DNA of 63,323 nt, filler included, from Rhabdomonas costata (Eukaryota): the NCBI GenBank assembly GCA_019059605.1. It is 39 parts of 39 records of this genome, joined end to end, with 100 filler letters (N's around TTAATTAATTAA, not from the genome) between each part and the next. Parts side by side here need not be neighbours in the genome. Positions count along the whole stretch, not along the records: positions 24,397 to 25,932 come from JAHMHO010013799.1; positions 26,033 to 27,558 come from JAHMHO010013800.1; positions 27,659 to 29,182 come from JAHMHO010013801.1; positions 29,283 to 30,808 come from JAHMHO010013802.1; positions 30,909 to 32,434 come from JAHMHO010013803.1; positions 32,535 to 34,060 come from JAHMHO010013804.1; positions 34,161 to 35,686 come from JAHMHO010013805.1; positions 35,787 to 37,312 come from JAHMHO010013806.1; 31 more parts are not named here. One strand, written 5' to 3'. A program made the translations under genes and the position numbers. Shown here piece after piece: positions 25,266 to 37,667 of the stretch. The notes below the pieces were generated by a model. The model saw only the letters and a program-made list of their open reading frames with translations, made no database searches and was not told where the DNA came from. Every line of letters starts with the position of its first letter. Within the stretch, counting starts at the first letter, position 1.

Positions 25266-25428
25266 ACGACATACGAGTTGGGGGATGTGGAGGTTGCTGT
25301 GAACGGGATCCGCGTTGGAGGGGACCCTGCACGACAGCTTCTGCTGTGCTGGTTCGAGGACGAGGTCCGAGCGCTCACCCTGGCGCAGCCTGCGACCCCC
25401 CTGCTGGTGATCCCGGACTGCTACGCAG
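25266..25428 (+). CDS. Exon of an unknown protein
   Basis: CAG and GT borders; coding-like GC bias; TTYELGDVEVAVNGIRVGGDPARQLLLCWFEDEVRAL. Confidence 0.5.
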
Positions 25429-26926
25429 GTCCTCCCCTGCTTTGCGACACCCTTGAGCCCCTTTAGGGCTTCATTTGACTGGTACGCTCAAAGCAGCAGC
25501 CCGTCATGCTCGTTGAGGTGGCCCTACTGCCTCCTGACCCTGCGCTGCCATAGTAGGCCTGGATCCTGGAGGCTGTTTTATTTTGGGGGGGCTTCAATCG
25601 TTAAACGTTTAACACCTTTAACAGTCAGAATTTGTTAACCTTCAAACATCGGCATATAGGGTGCAGCAGAAAAGTATACTTAACCCCCTTTCGCTAAAAT
25701 AACATCATCTAGTGAGTACAGGAACAATTAACCTAACCCCGTGCTGAGAAAATGACTTTTTTGAGGAACAATAAATTTTTTTACCGTTCAACGGTGTTAA
25801 AAGTTTTACACCGTTAAACAGCAAAAGTCAAATTTTTGCAAGATCCCACCCCCGTGGCACGTCACCACCTCATCCGTCCGCTCCGGCCGCGCCGCGGGCT
25901 GGCTGCCTGTCCCAACCGATCCACACAAAACCNNNNNNNNNNNNNNNNNNNNNNNNNNNNNNNNNNNNNNNNNNNNTTAATTAATTAANNNNNNNNNNNN
26001 NNNNNNNNNNNNNNNNNNNNNNNNNNNNNNNNCCACATTTCAGAGATAGTCTCCACCTCCAGACAACTTTTGAAAAGGTCAAGTTTGCGAGGAACCTGTT
26101 TCCAGGTTTCGCGGTCCTTCACTTCCGAAACTGCTGGTTTTGTGGTGATGGTTGTTTCGGCGCGCAACTGCTACCAATTCGCTGATCCTGCTTTGCCAAA
26201 GGCGTATTTGTTTCCCCCTCGTTGGTTTATTTTTCTTGTTGACCCTGTTTGAATGTTCCTGAATCTCTTCCCGTTGTATTAAAGTTAAATGCCTCCGAAG
26301 TCCAAGCCCAAACCCAAGCCGAAGACACAGCCCACCGCGGATGAGTCTTCCTGTATGCGTTGGGGAACATGGCAGAGTTGGGGATGAAAACACACCGAGT
26401 GCATGCCTAGACTGGCCTTTTAAGTTTTTCACTTGTTTTTCCCCTGACAGCAGGAATGAAAATATGGCTTCTCTTTTAAATGTTTGGTGCGCGCCTGTGG
26501 CCTGGCATCCGAACGATCACAGGAAGTCGTCATTGGGTATCGGCAAGTCGCCGAGGTGCATTTTGAGCGCTCTACACAGGTAGGATGCCGAAAAGTCCGA
26601 TGGTGGTGGATAGCACGGCCCCTTTTTCGCTGGTTGCTTCCTTAATGCGCGGTCAAACTGCAAAAGGAACTTTTTGGGATTTTTCGCTTTGAAAATCTTG
26701 CCCAAATTTTTGCAGAGTGGCTCCAATAAAACGAATAACAATGCTGTGGCGCCAACTTAGGAGCGAGAGGAAGGGAGGGAAGGGGAAGTTGAGGAGGTTG
26801 ACATCGCGATTGAAGGTGGGAGATAAGGTGGCATTGAAACCCATAACGTCCAACTCTCAGTGCATTTTGCATCATGTCCGAATGGGTTTGTTGCCTGTAC
26901 CTTGTTCTGATGGTGCGTTGTTTTAG

Positions 26927-27558
26927 CTGATTCCGAGAACTCTGCCAGTGGCAGCGACAGCGCCAGCGACATCAGTGTGAGCAGCAGCAGCAGCAGCAGC
27001 TCGGGGCACCTGTCTTCGGGGGAACCCGAATCCCCCGTGGAAGCGCCCAAGGCTCCCCAAAACCCCTCTTCCCAGCCAGCTGCCTCTCAAACAAAGGCTC
27101 CGCAGGCAGCAGCCCAGCCCAAGGCGGTTATTCAACCGAAGGCGGCAGCAAAACCCAAGGCAGAAGCTCAGCCAATTGCAGAAGCGCAGCCCAAGCATGA
27201 AGCGCAGCCGAAAGCGGACGCGCTGCCCAAGGCGGAAGCTCAACCGAAAGCGGAAGCGCTGCCCAAGGTGGAGGTGAAGTCGAAGGCTGAAGCAGAGCCC
27301 AAAGTTGAAACCCAGGCGCAAGCTCAGGCTCAGTGTTGCGCAGCGGTTGAGGAGACTCCTCCAGCCATGCCGCAGGAGGGTTACTCAACTTCAGCAAGTC
27401 CTCTCGATAAGAAGGATGATGGTGACCGTCAGGATTCTGCACTCTCGGTAGCGCATCCTGCCACTGAAACAAAGGATAACACGCAGCTCGGGGAAGAGCC
27501 GATTCCCAGTACCAGCATCGAGGATCCGGCGCCAGGGCCTGAGCCTCTCAAAACCAAC
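26927..27558 (+). CDS. Exon of a low-complexity protein with (K)AEAQP-type hexapeptide repeats
   Basis: TTTTAG acceptor, frame open to the contig end; PKAEAQ/PIAEAQ/PKHEAQ/PKADAL/PKAEAL with an 18-nt period and synonymous variation. Confidence 0.7.
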
Positions 27559-29282
27559 NNNNNNNNNNNNNNNNNNNNNNNNNNNNNNNNNNNNNNNNNN
27601 NNTTAATTAATTAANNNNNNNNNNNNNNNNNNNNNNNNNNNNNNNNNNNNNNNNNNNNACTAGGCCCTTCAGCACCTTCGTGATCATAGCAGGGTCCGCC
27701 TTGGTCACCACGCCCAGGCGGAGGTCCTCAATCATTTCAAAAAGCCGCAAGTGCTGCGAGGGTGATAAATGAGAAGGGTTGCTAAACTTGACGGACACGC
27801 TGCGCACGAGACTTGCAAGAGCATAAAAAAACTGGGAACAAGACTGTCCCGTCCACCAAGTGTGCCTCATCACAAGTCTCACCACAACTGCACAGCAACA
27901 AACCAGCACGAGAAACAAAGCAAATGGCACCGTACATGCGACACAAAGCATCCAAACTTTGGGATCCGAAACAAGACCACTATTCCGGTTGAAAAGCATA
28001 ACAAACAACTACGATGACCCACTTCACAAAAAAGCAGTTTGGGTACACTTTGGTAACGCTTTGTTCACCTCTCACTTTTAAGGTGGCAATATCTCCCATA
28101 TCTCCGCCTAAACAATCTCCCAGTACCCAAATCCACATTGGCACTGCAGCCTCCGCGAAAATGCGATTGTCAAGGGGAAATGGAAGGCAGGGGGGCAAGT
28201 GTGGGACAAGTGCCTGGGAATCGATCAAGGGAATCCCCACGGCCCAGTCTTCGCAGTAGCAAATGGGCTGGTTGATGTCCAGCAGATCCATTGCAGTGGA
28301 GACCGGTGGCGGGGCGTTGGGGGGGGGGGGTACTGTAAAAATGAGAAGGATGAGGGAGTAAAAAGAAAAGCAAAGGAAACGGGGTGGGTTTCAACAAAAT
28401 GGCGAGAGGCAGATGCACGCAAGCAGAGTCAGCGGCCGCAGCAGAGAGAAAGAGAGAGAGAGAGAGAGAAAGGACAGAGAGGATGACCAGCAAGAAGTGG
28501 AGAAGTGGGGGAGTTGGAAGAGAATCCGGAACGGACCACCAGTTGTCAGGGAAGAAACGGACAACGAGATTCTGAGTAATACAGAGCTGCTCAAAGGGAC
28601 AAAACACAGTGCAGGTGCATGTTGCATTATTTTTCCAGAGTCCATGCAAAGTGTAGCACCGGATCGGCAGAAGAACGCATCGGATTTCCAACCCATTTCA
28701 AGTCCATTCACTGCGTGCGGTAAACTGCAAACGTCACTGTCAAGACAAACTACGCACATATGCACGCATCACTGAAATCAAAAGAATGTGGCACTTGCTC
28801 GCCGTAACCCTTCGTATTCAAATACAACACGACGAAAATTCGCTGCTTTTACCCTTTTACCTTTGTACCACTATCCAGCGCCTTCTCACCGAAACCTAAA
28901 CCTCGTCATCAAAACGGCACGTGAAGGGAGGAAAGCACATGCATCGGTGAAGCCAACCGTGACGCAAAAAAAAACACGCTGTACAATCCAATCCAATCCA
29001 GTCGCAGGAAGGGTGACTCACAACTTGACAAATTCACACAGTTGGCAGCGAAAGCCCGCATCCCTCTGTCACGTCATCAAGGCGACGAACCACCTCCGAC
29101 CACCCGGGGCAGCAGGGACTCCACCAAACCCCCCTCCTCCTCTGGCATGCAGCACCAGTGCGGGGGCCTGCACCCCCACACCNNNNNNNNNNNNNNNNNN
29201 NNNNNNNNNNNNNNNNNNNNNNNNNNTTAATTAATTAANNNNNNNNNNNNNNNNNNNNNNNNNNNNNNNNNNNNNNNNNNNN

Positions 29283-30502
29283 GTTTTTGTTCTGGGTGTG
29301 AGGCAGATCGACCGCGAGCCGGGCTTCTCACAGCTCTTCGAGCCCTCCAGCCCGGAGTGGCCGGCCTTCATGCGGGTCAACCCCATCCTCTTCTGGAATT
29401 ACTCCCAGGAATGCCCCCCGCCATCCCGATGCTTTCGAAACGCCGATCAAAAAATTCAGATAGCGTCAGATGCTGCATTCAAATGAAATTTTCAATGAAA
29501 TAGTTTTAATTTTCGTGAAACTTTCAGTCAATGTTGTTTCTTCATGTTCTCTCGCAAAAAGTTTCGGGGTCTTCAGGGTGAGGTGCAAAAGTTGTGGTCG
29601 TCAACGGTGGCCGTCCCAGGTTGCGGAACGCATAAAAAAATGCAAGGAAATAGGTATGCTTGCTTGCCCGCTTGCTTCACAAACTTTTGTTTTTTCGCAC
29701 TCAAAGTCAGCAGTTTGCGACTCGCCAGATGACTTTGAACTGAACCTTGAGGATTTTCGACCTCTCCAGACGAGAAAAAACCACCAAGTGGTACACCTGC
29801 ACGATAGTCAGGTGTACCACTGACACACCTGACGTGCTTTTGCTGAAAATCCCGAAACGATAGATCACATGACCCTCTCGAAGACCTGCCCCCCCCCCCC
29901 TCGAAAATGTGTGTCTTTGTGGCAAAAGCATTTTGCATTTGTGGCTCGAGAGCTGGGTTGCTGTCACGTCTTCTTCTGTTCATTCGGCATGGCCCACAAT
30001 AACAGCCCTTTTTGCAACAATGTCGGAGTTCATATGTGCTTTTATTTTGAACTTACCCAAAAACCCGAACCAGTGCCCAGGTCCCTTGCTCTTCCACCAA
30101 CATCTGTGGTCGCTGAGATGTGTCTGTTGAATTGATTTTTTCTGAAGCGAAAACCCTGGGAGTCTTCCCAGCGAATTCCAAGAAGCGGGACGAAGGAAGG
30201 AGAATCGACGGGCAGTAAGGGGATGCCGTGAACTCGGACAAAGCAGCCATCAAACCCTACGAACGCCGTATATATATATTTGTCCTGAAGGTTTCAAAAA
30301 CTGGTGCGGACCGTACAGCGGGTTTGCTTCGGTCATGAGTAGTGTGCTGCTGCGTGCTGCTGTTGCCTCCAAATCAGCCAAATACCAGGAGTGTGTTTAG
30401 GAGGAGGGAGGGGGGATGACACAGGTGTGGCAGTTTCTGAAAACCTTTGACTTGCCTTACTGCTCCCTCTACGACAAAGGCTACACCAGCCTGGGCAGCG
30501 CG
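29283..30502 (+). CDS. FLAD1: FAD synthase (PAPS-reductase-like domain); exons about 29283-29408 and 30425-30502
   Basis: LGVRQID...[24 protein letters not shown] joined to [24 protein letters not shown] matches the eukaryotic FAD1 signature ([16 protein letters not shown]....PYC.LYD.GYTSLG). Confidence 0.9.
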
Positions 30503-32544
30503 GTACCGCCTCCCCACTGCCCCCTTTGCAATCTCTGTGGCTCTGGGCAATTGCTCTTTCAGGCCCTTCTCCTTTCCTCCTTTTTTGTTTTTTTTTTGAT
30601 CCCCGCCCCCGGACTTCCCCATTGTAACATGTGTGTTTGCTCAGTGTCTGTTTGGTATTCCAGGCACGGTTGTCATCATTTCATCAAAGTGATTAATCAC
30701 GGTGATTTATCATAATCACTCGAAAACGTGATCTTTATAAATTATTTGAATCACTCTCTGTGGTCTTCTTAGGACTGCGTTCTTAGGTCTTCGGAGAAAC
30801 TCTTTCAANNNNNNNNNNNNNNNNNNNNNNNNNNNNNNNNNNNNNNNNNNNNTTAATTAATTAANNNNNNNNNNNNNNNNNNNNNNNNNNNNNNNNNNNN
30901 NNNNNNNNGTGTTGGGTGTGTGTGGTTTGGGGGGGGAGGAGACAGGGTAGGGCTTTGAGTGATGCCCAGTGCCGGGAACAGGTGGGGCATTGCCAGCCAT
31001 TGCTTGGTCACCTGTCGACATCACAACGAGCAGACCGAGAAGTGTACGAAAGGGGGAGAGTTTTTCCGCACAGCCGATAACACAAAGAATAAACTGGCTG
31101 TGATCCATGCGAGACCGGAAAAGCACGGGAAACCTCAGTTTTCGCGTACAATCGAACTCAAGAAAACAGCCTCTGGTGATTCTGTTTCGTTCATGCGCGA
31201 TAACACAAAAACCCGTTCTCTACTTGTGATCCAGACAAACACATCATCTGGAATATGTTACTGTAGAACTGCTTGGGAGACTTTTTTCCCATGAAAGCGT
31301 ACCTCTCCAGTGTACGCTCGTTGCTTGACCCAGTCTTCGTTGTCTTTTCCCTTTTTCACGACGACGTTATTCTTTAGAAAATTTGTAAATAGGTGTGTTC
31401 TCTGCTTCTACGTGCCCTTATAAACGGTAAGAAGGTCTCTTTGGAAAAGTGACATGGCATTCCTGAGAAGAGTGTGATACTGGTTGCTTCCTTGCGCATG
31501 GTTCGGCGGAGAATCTCATTCGAATGTGTTTTGACGTCTTTCGTTTTCCAACTTTTTGTTTTCTCTTCCTGAGTGCAGTGGTGACATATCATGCATGAGC
31601 TAGCATTTACCTCAGAAATCGGCAATCCTGGATGTCGCTTTTCTATCCAGGTACTGTCTTGCTCTCCCTGTGCAAACTGCCGCTTGGCGCCACGCATGCG
31701 CCAGCGCTAGCTCCATCTGGGCCTGGGCCTGGGCATTCCCGAGTGGTGCGGTGATAACGTTGCTCAGTTGGATTGATCTTCCACGGCTTTTTCTGCTGCT
31801 AGAGAAGGTTCTCTTTTCCAGCGGCATTTGCCCTACGTTTGTGCGTTATGTTTTGTCACTCCTTGGCCAACTGACCCCCCGCCCTCTGTCTCTCCTTTCG
31901 TTCTCTCTTCAGCAGGCCCTCTTCGGGTGCAGACTTTCCCTACCGACAGCGCTTGCCCCCGGCTCTTTGAGCTCCATCACTTACGCGTTCCTCTAGAGTG
32001 ACTTCCCATTTCCATTTTGGCCTCTCGTATCATCCTCACACTCTCCCTCGCTCGCTTTGTTCTGCCTTTTTGCACAGGCACTTCCTGCGTTTTGCGTGGC
32101 CCAGTTTCTGCTATGCGTGCGGGGTTCCCTCAACGCCACCACTCGAGCGGAGCTGCTGCTTGTTGGGCTTCCTCTTCACATTATCACCAGAGCGGTCCTG
32201 CAGCCCCTAACTCTCTCTCCAGGGGAGGGCGGCTCGGGCGGCTCTCAGCCGTACGCTTTGCTCTCCACCGCTCTGCTGGCGGCCGTGGCTGCGGTGGACT
32301 GGAGGCACCTGACCTCCACCACGGCGTCCAGCAACCTGGTATGGTCTTGGTGAGTATGCCCTGCTCCGCTTTTCGAGAACCCAAAAGCCCCTTTTGCATT
32401 TCTTGGCTTTGCCAAGGCACCATGCCCAACCAACNNNNNNNNNNNNNNNNNNNNNNNNNNNNNNNNNNNNNNNNNNNNTTAATTAATTAANNNNNNNNNN
32501 NNNNNNNNNNNNNNNNNNNNNNNNNNNNNNNNNNGTGGGGTTGT

Positions 32545-34060
32545 GGGTGGTAGGGCTGTGAGCATCGCGAGGTGGCGCAGGGGTGTGCGGTGGACGGGCA
32601 GTGGGAGGGTGTGGTGGCGCTGCTGGCTGTGCCTGGGCTGGAGCTGTGGGCGGAGGTGCTGCACTGTGCCGCGAGGCTGGGCGCCCCTCAGGCTGTACTG
32701 CAGGCCCTTCTCGCCGCGAGAGCCCCGGTGACCAGCAAGGCACTGTCTGCGTGCCTGCATGCCATTGTGCCAATGCGTGTGCCTTGGATGTCGAACGCGT
32801 GTTAGACTGCGCAAATGTGGTTGTGGTCGTGCCTTTCGTTGCCTGTGTGTGGGCACGAGCCACGATGAGTTACGAGGTGCTTTGACTCGGAAAACCTCTG
32901 AGAATGAGAGGGACGCCGTTCTGATGATACCTCTGCCTTTGTGGGCTGTACTCCTGAAGAACAGCGTGGGATGGATCATCTCCGGAGACCTTGAAACCAC
33001 TCCCGTGGACACATCATCCGAAGAAAACCCGGCTTTCTGCGGATGCGCAAAAGATATTGTCTGTGGGTGAGCTTCGCTAGAGCTGTACCGGCAACACAGC
33101 TCATCTCTCCACAATCGAAGAAGGGACTGTCAAAAGAGGAACTGTTTGGGGGTTCATTTCTTACTTTCACTCACTTCCCAGTGCGTCTTCCCGCATACAA
33201 CTTTCAGGTAGCATAAGCGCCTTGTACCACTCATTGTGAAGAAAGCTCAGGGGACAATGCGATACCCACTGACAGTTTTCGCATCGGCAGTCCGAATAGC
33301 CAGCAATGGAGGGAAGCCCCAACGCCGCTTCTCTATGAAGATCGTTATCCCGTGTCACTCTTCCTAGGACGCTTCTGAGCTTGTGCCCTTGGCCGTGGCC
33401 ATGGCTGCCCACAACGACACCGCCTGTGCAGTGCTTGCCCGGCCCACTTTTGCTGCGGAGGCAATGTCCCCGAATGACGTCTTCGACGAAGCGACGGCCT
33501 CGACGATGCTCCACCATGCCGCTCTGCACGACATGGCCGAGTTTGTCACCGTTTTGCTGGAAAATGGGGCAAATGTTACTGTAAAGGTGTGCTGTGCTTC
33601 CTGGAGTGCGGCGGGAAGGCCGTGCGCTAGCTGCATTTTGAGCATGTTTGTGTGATGAGTACAGACGATGACTGCAAGGTGCTAATGGAGTGTTCTGAGA
33701 GGATGAGAGGGCACCTACCTCTGACTCCGCTACCATCGTTGACGCCAGTGCGCTGGTCGCCCTATTGTGGCAGCCTATTATATGAATTGCATTCCTCGTT
33801 GGATTTTTACTTCCCACCTCAAGCCGTAGTCTTCCTCGCTTCCCCTTACAAACATTTCTATTCCACTTCCTGCACATGGCTCTAAGGACGCCTCTGGACG
33901 TGTGCCCCTGGCGGTGGGATTGGCGCACTTCTCCGACTCCGCCTGTGCATTGCTGGCCAGGCCCACTTTCGCGGCGGAGGCGATGGCCCCGAGCGATGTG
34001 CTGGACCCCTCCACGGCCTCCACGCTGCACCACCACTCTGCCGAGCACGACATGCACCAC
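32545..34060 (+). CDS. Ankyrin-repeat protein; exons about 32545-32739, 33368-33586 and 33887-contig end
   Basis: VLHCAARLG..VLQALLAARA, MLHHAALHDMAEFVTVLLENGANV and KDASGRVPL. Phase-0 introns at the same repeat position, the first with a GC donor. Confidence 0.75.
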
Positions 34061-34167
34061 NNNNNNNNNNNNNNNNNNNNNNNNNNNNNNNNNNNNNNNN
34101 NNNNTTAATTAATTAANNNNNNNNNNNNNNNNNNNNNNNNNNNNNNNNNNNNNNNNNNNNGGTTGGT

Positions 34168-34289
34168 GGGAAGATTGAAAGAATTTATAATTGTTTTTAT
34201 GTAATCTCTCCACGAGTGAGAGCGACCCCACGTGTGCACACTCGTGGAGAGATTACATAAAAACAATTATAAATTCTTTCAATCTTCCC
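34168..34289. repeat. Perfect 51-bp inverted repeat with 20-nt loop at a contig start (likely fold-back chimera)
   Basis: 34168-34218 is the reverse complement of 34239-34289. Confidence 0.9.
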
Positions 34290-34700
34290 GCCTGACCACT
34301 TTTCTCCCGACTTCTCAATCCCTGTGAAAAAGAGCTCGTGTACATCCTCTCTGCTATCACAATTGTAATTTGGCGACACGCATGCGGAGGTTAGCTGAAG
34401 TATCGACAAAAGAGGATTGGCAGGAATAAATCAATGGGTGATAATCAAGACTCCAGCGTTCGAATTATAACTTTGCATCCACGCCGAACCGTACTGTCAC
34501 CCTGCCAAGAATTCGAATGCGTGCGTGCGTTCGTGTGAGTGTAAATGCACTGAGTTTTTAACATACTGATTGGGTGCCATTGTATATTCTGGACAGCACT
34601 CCAGGAAACGAGCTGAAGTGGAACTGCGACTTGCCTTCAAAGTCTGAGGCCAAAAAATGAGCGTGGACCAAACATAAAGGGAAGCGTAACATAAAAAGTG

Positions 34701-35087
34701 AAATCAAAGTTAATAAGCTTCTTCATAAACCTCTTCCCACTACACTGATCCCGGGCTTCCAACAAACTTGCGCCTCCACTTTCCTGTTTGTGTGTCTTAG
34801 CATCCCTCCGCCGTCGCGCAATTGTTTCGTTTTGCTCTTCTCTTTCTCTTCCCTTTCTCTTCTCCATTCTCCAGCTTCTTTCTTTTTGTTGCTGTCTCGG
34901 TGCCTCGGTGGTACCTTGTGCGTCCTTCCTCGCCCCGCCGTTGCCCTTTCTCTGTGATTTTTGTGTCTGTGCAACTGAACTGTTGTTGCAGCGCCGTGAA
35001 TTTTGACAGAAAAAAATCAAAGGTTATAAGCTGCTTCATAAAACCTCTTCCCACGACACTGATCCCGGGCTGATCCTTCCAACAAAC
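34701..35087. repeat. Imperfect direct repeat of about 70 bp (34701-34767 and 35014-35087)
   Basis: AAATCAAAG..ATAAGCT.CTTCATAAA(A)CCTCTTCCCAC.ACACTGATCCCGGGCT...TCCAACAAAC occurs twice. Confidence 0.85.
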
Positions 35088-35786
35088 CATAAACCTTAAC
35101 AACCAAAGTTTAAACAATTGGGCAGAATAGGCTCAACGAAGGAACATAAAGGTTCCAGCAGTCGAGACAGTTCTATCCAGAAAGGGGCATGCGCACGACC
35201 CGCGCTAGTGCGCTGTCGGAGGCTCCATCCCCCCCCAAAAAAAACAGTCTCCTGCTTTACAGTTTATTTCGCCTGATGAAAAGTTCACTTGCCAGAAGAA
35301 ACATGTCACCCAAGGGACCCACTTCCGGGTCTCTGTCAATGTCTTGGCACTGCGGCGCAGGCAAGAGACATACCCTTCACAAGTCAGCTTTTAGCGGTCT
35401 TTTAGCGGATTTGCGGCGTGTGATGTAAAGTGGGTGCAGTCCCGACACATTGAACACGGTTGGAAAAGCAAACGAAGCGCACGACACTTTTGAAGCTCCG
35501 CTCGAAGAGCGCTCGGAAGAGGGGGTCGTCACGGCGGCTGATCAGCACGGACTGCCGGAAGAACTCCGAGCTGCACGGTCCGAAGAGCGAAGAGCGTACC
35601 ACGATGCGGCGACGCATTGTGAACATATATTATCTGGGCGTATACAAAAAACGGAAGTCCGGGCACCCCTCCGCATCCCCCCCCACNNNNNNNNNNNNNN
35701 NNNNNNNNNNNNNNNNNNNNNNNNNNNNNNTTAATTAATTAANNNNNNNNNNNNNNNNNNNNNNNNNNNNNNNNNNNNNNNNNNNN

Positions 35787-36444
35787 TGTTGTGGTTAAGA
35801 TCCGTGAGCACGATCTCACGGTGGGCGTTGACGAGCTCACGGATCTTAACCTCGCACCAATTCCAGGCTTCAGTCCTTGCTCCGATCCGAGCTCCCCATC
35901 GGCAGTTCGGGATTTCGGCTACCTAGTGCACGTCCACCCTGAGCACAAGACTTTCCTTCAGCGAGCCCATGCTCACGTTCGTATCCACGTTCTTCGCCTG
36001 GTGCCTGGGTGCCAAACCGACGTCAGCGTGCTGGAGGCCGCCATGCTTCAGTATCAGGGCGTCATTGTCAAGTCTTATGGATCGGGAAACGCCCCGAAGA
36101 CCGTGGTGGATCTGCTGATTCGCCTCCGTGGTGAGTTTTTCATTCCTGTGGCCTGTGTCTCGGAGTGCCTTCACGGAGGAACCGACCTCGTGTATGGAGT
36201 GGCGATCCCGCCGTCGGCGGCTGTTCCTTGCTCTGACATGACACTTCCTGCGGCGTATACTCGAATGCACTTGGCCGTCTCCTTCGAGGCTTTCGTGAAC
36301 ACCTCGAATTCCTCACCACTGGAGCTTCGGAATCGAGATATCCGAGATAGGATTGAGCGAAACATGAGAATCTGTACATTGGACTGTTTTACCAGGCCAG
36401 ATGACGAAGAATCCCTTTGCAGGCAAGTTGCAACACATTCCTGA
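35787..36444 (+). CDS. L-asparaginase (type I-like), C-terminal domain
   Basis: VLRLVPG, GVIVKSYGSGNAP, VSECLHG and SDMTLPAAYTRM match asparaginase C-domain motifs (G.GN.P, SQC..G, DMT.EAA..KL). Confidence 0.85.
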
Positions 36445-37216
36445 TGTGCCTACGGTTTAGCCCATTCTCCACTTTGCACTCATCGTCGCAGATGGTAAGT
36501 CATTGGATGCCAAATGTTGGATTGCAGCAGTCAGAAGCAGGGCCTAGCTTCTCGCTGTCCTTTGCATTCCTATCATTTTGGCACCGTGGACCGCTGAGAT
36601 GAATCTCTGGCTTGCTGTTGTACTGGTTGATTTCGGCTGCGTAACCTGCCTTGACTTTGAATTCTCCCCGGTGATTTGGTCTTGGGCTGCTGACGTATCA
36701 TTGCGTCGACTTTTGTGGCGCTGCAGCTGGTTCATTCCTTGGTAAAATTCGGCATATGCGCTGTCACAATTGCGTGAGTTTTCTTCGTTTTCTCATTCAG
36801 TCCTATCCTAAGCCTGAGACGGAAATCCCTGGTTTGTTCGTTTGGGCCTATCTTGGTCCAAGCGTTTTTTTTTTGCAATTTTGCTTTCAAAACCAGCGGG
36901 CAGTTGAGAAATTAAGCGAACCAGCGACGACCGCCGCGGAAATCAATTGCCGCAAGGACTCTGAACGGGGCGTTCTGTTGCTTGCCGTTTTGTTGTCACA
37001 AGACTCCAGGCGCGGGAATGTTCTCATTTGTTTGTTCCTTTTCCGCTGGTGCCCATCTTTCTTGAGCCCCATTTCGGTCGAGGAAACAATCCTCTGCTAC
37101 CACCTGTCAGACGTCACGGCGGGCTCGGACCAATTACGTGGCTCTTGCGACTTCACCGCTTAGCCCACTCGATCCGCTCCCCTCCGTGGTCCCTCCCGAC
37201 AAAGCTTTCGCTTTGT

Positions 37217-37308
37217 GAGCGCTGTCAACTCACCTAGGTGAGGAGACTTTCTTTCCCCCGGGTTGGCCTCGCTTTCGCCGAGGTCCGGGTAGAGCCTGGC
37301 CGCAACCA
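37217..37308 (+). repeat. Dispersed repeat, copy 1 (second copy at 48825-48916)
   Basis: 92-bp segment with 4 mismatches to a copy on a different contig. Confidence 0.9.
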
Positions 37309-37527
37309 ACCCNNNNNNNNNNNNNNNNNNNNNNNNNNNNNNNNNNNNNNNNNNNNTTAATTAATTAANNNNNNNNNNNNNNNNNNNNNNNNNNNNNNNN
37401 NNNNNNNNNNNNTGTTGGTTGTTAAGGAGGCACCGGTTCTGTGGCCAGGTCAGCGGCGAAGCAACCGAGTACCAAGGCGCAGTGGACGCAGGAACGGATA
37501 AAAAATAACACAGACACGCACTCGCAC

Positions 37528-37667
37528 CGCTGTTAGGAGGTCCATGTGGTCGTGACCCTGGTAGGCCCGAACCAGGTCGAGCCGAGCGGTGGGGGGCAGC
37601 AGGGCCAGGAGATTCTCCAGCCGAAGCGCCGGAGAGGTCGCCGTCACCGTACCATCCCCACCCCTTC
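37528..37667 (-). CDS. Exon of an LCAT/PLA2G15-like alpha/beta hydrolase (catalytic Asp and His region)
   Basis: GDGTV...S followed by GHDHMDLL; AG acceptor and GT donor. Confidence 0.6.

Noticed and set aside
34168-34289. Second long perfect hairpin as a structured RNA or hairpin telomere
   Set aside because: Same contig-terminal geometry directly after primer-like G/T bases; likely an artefact.
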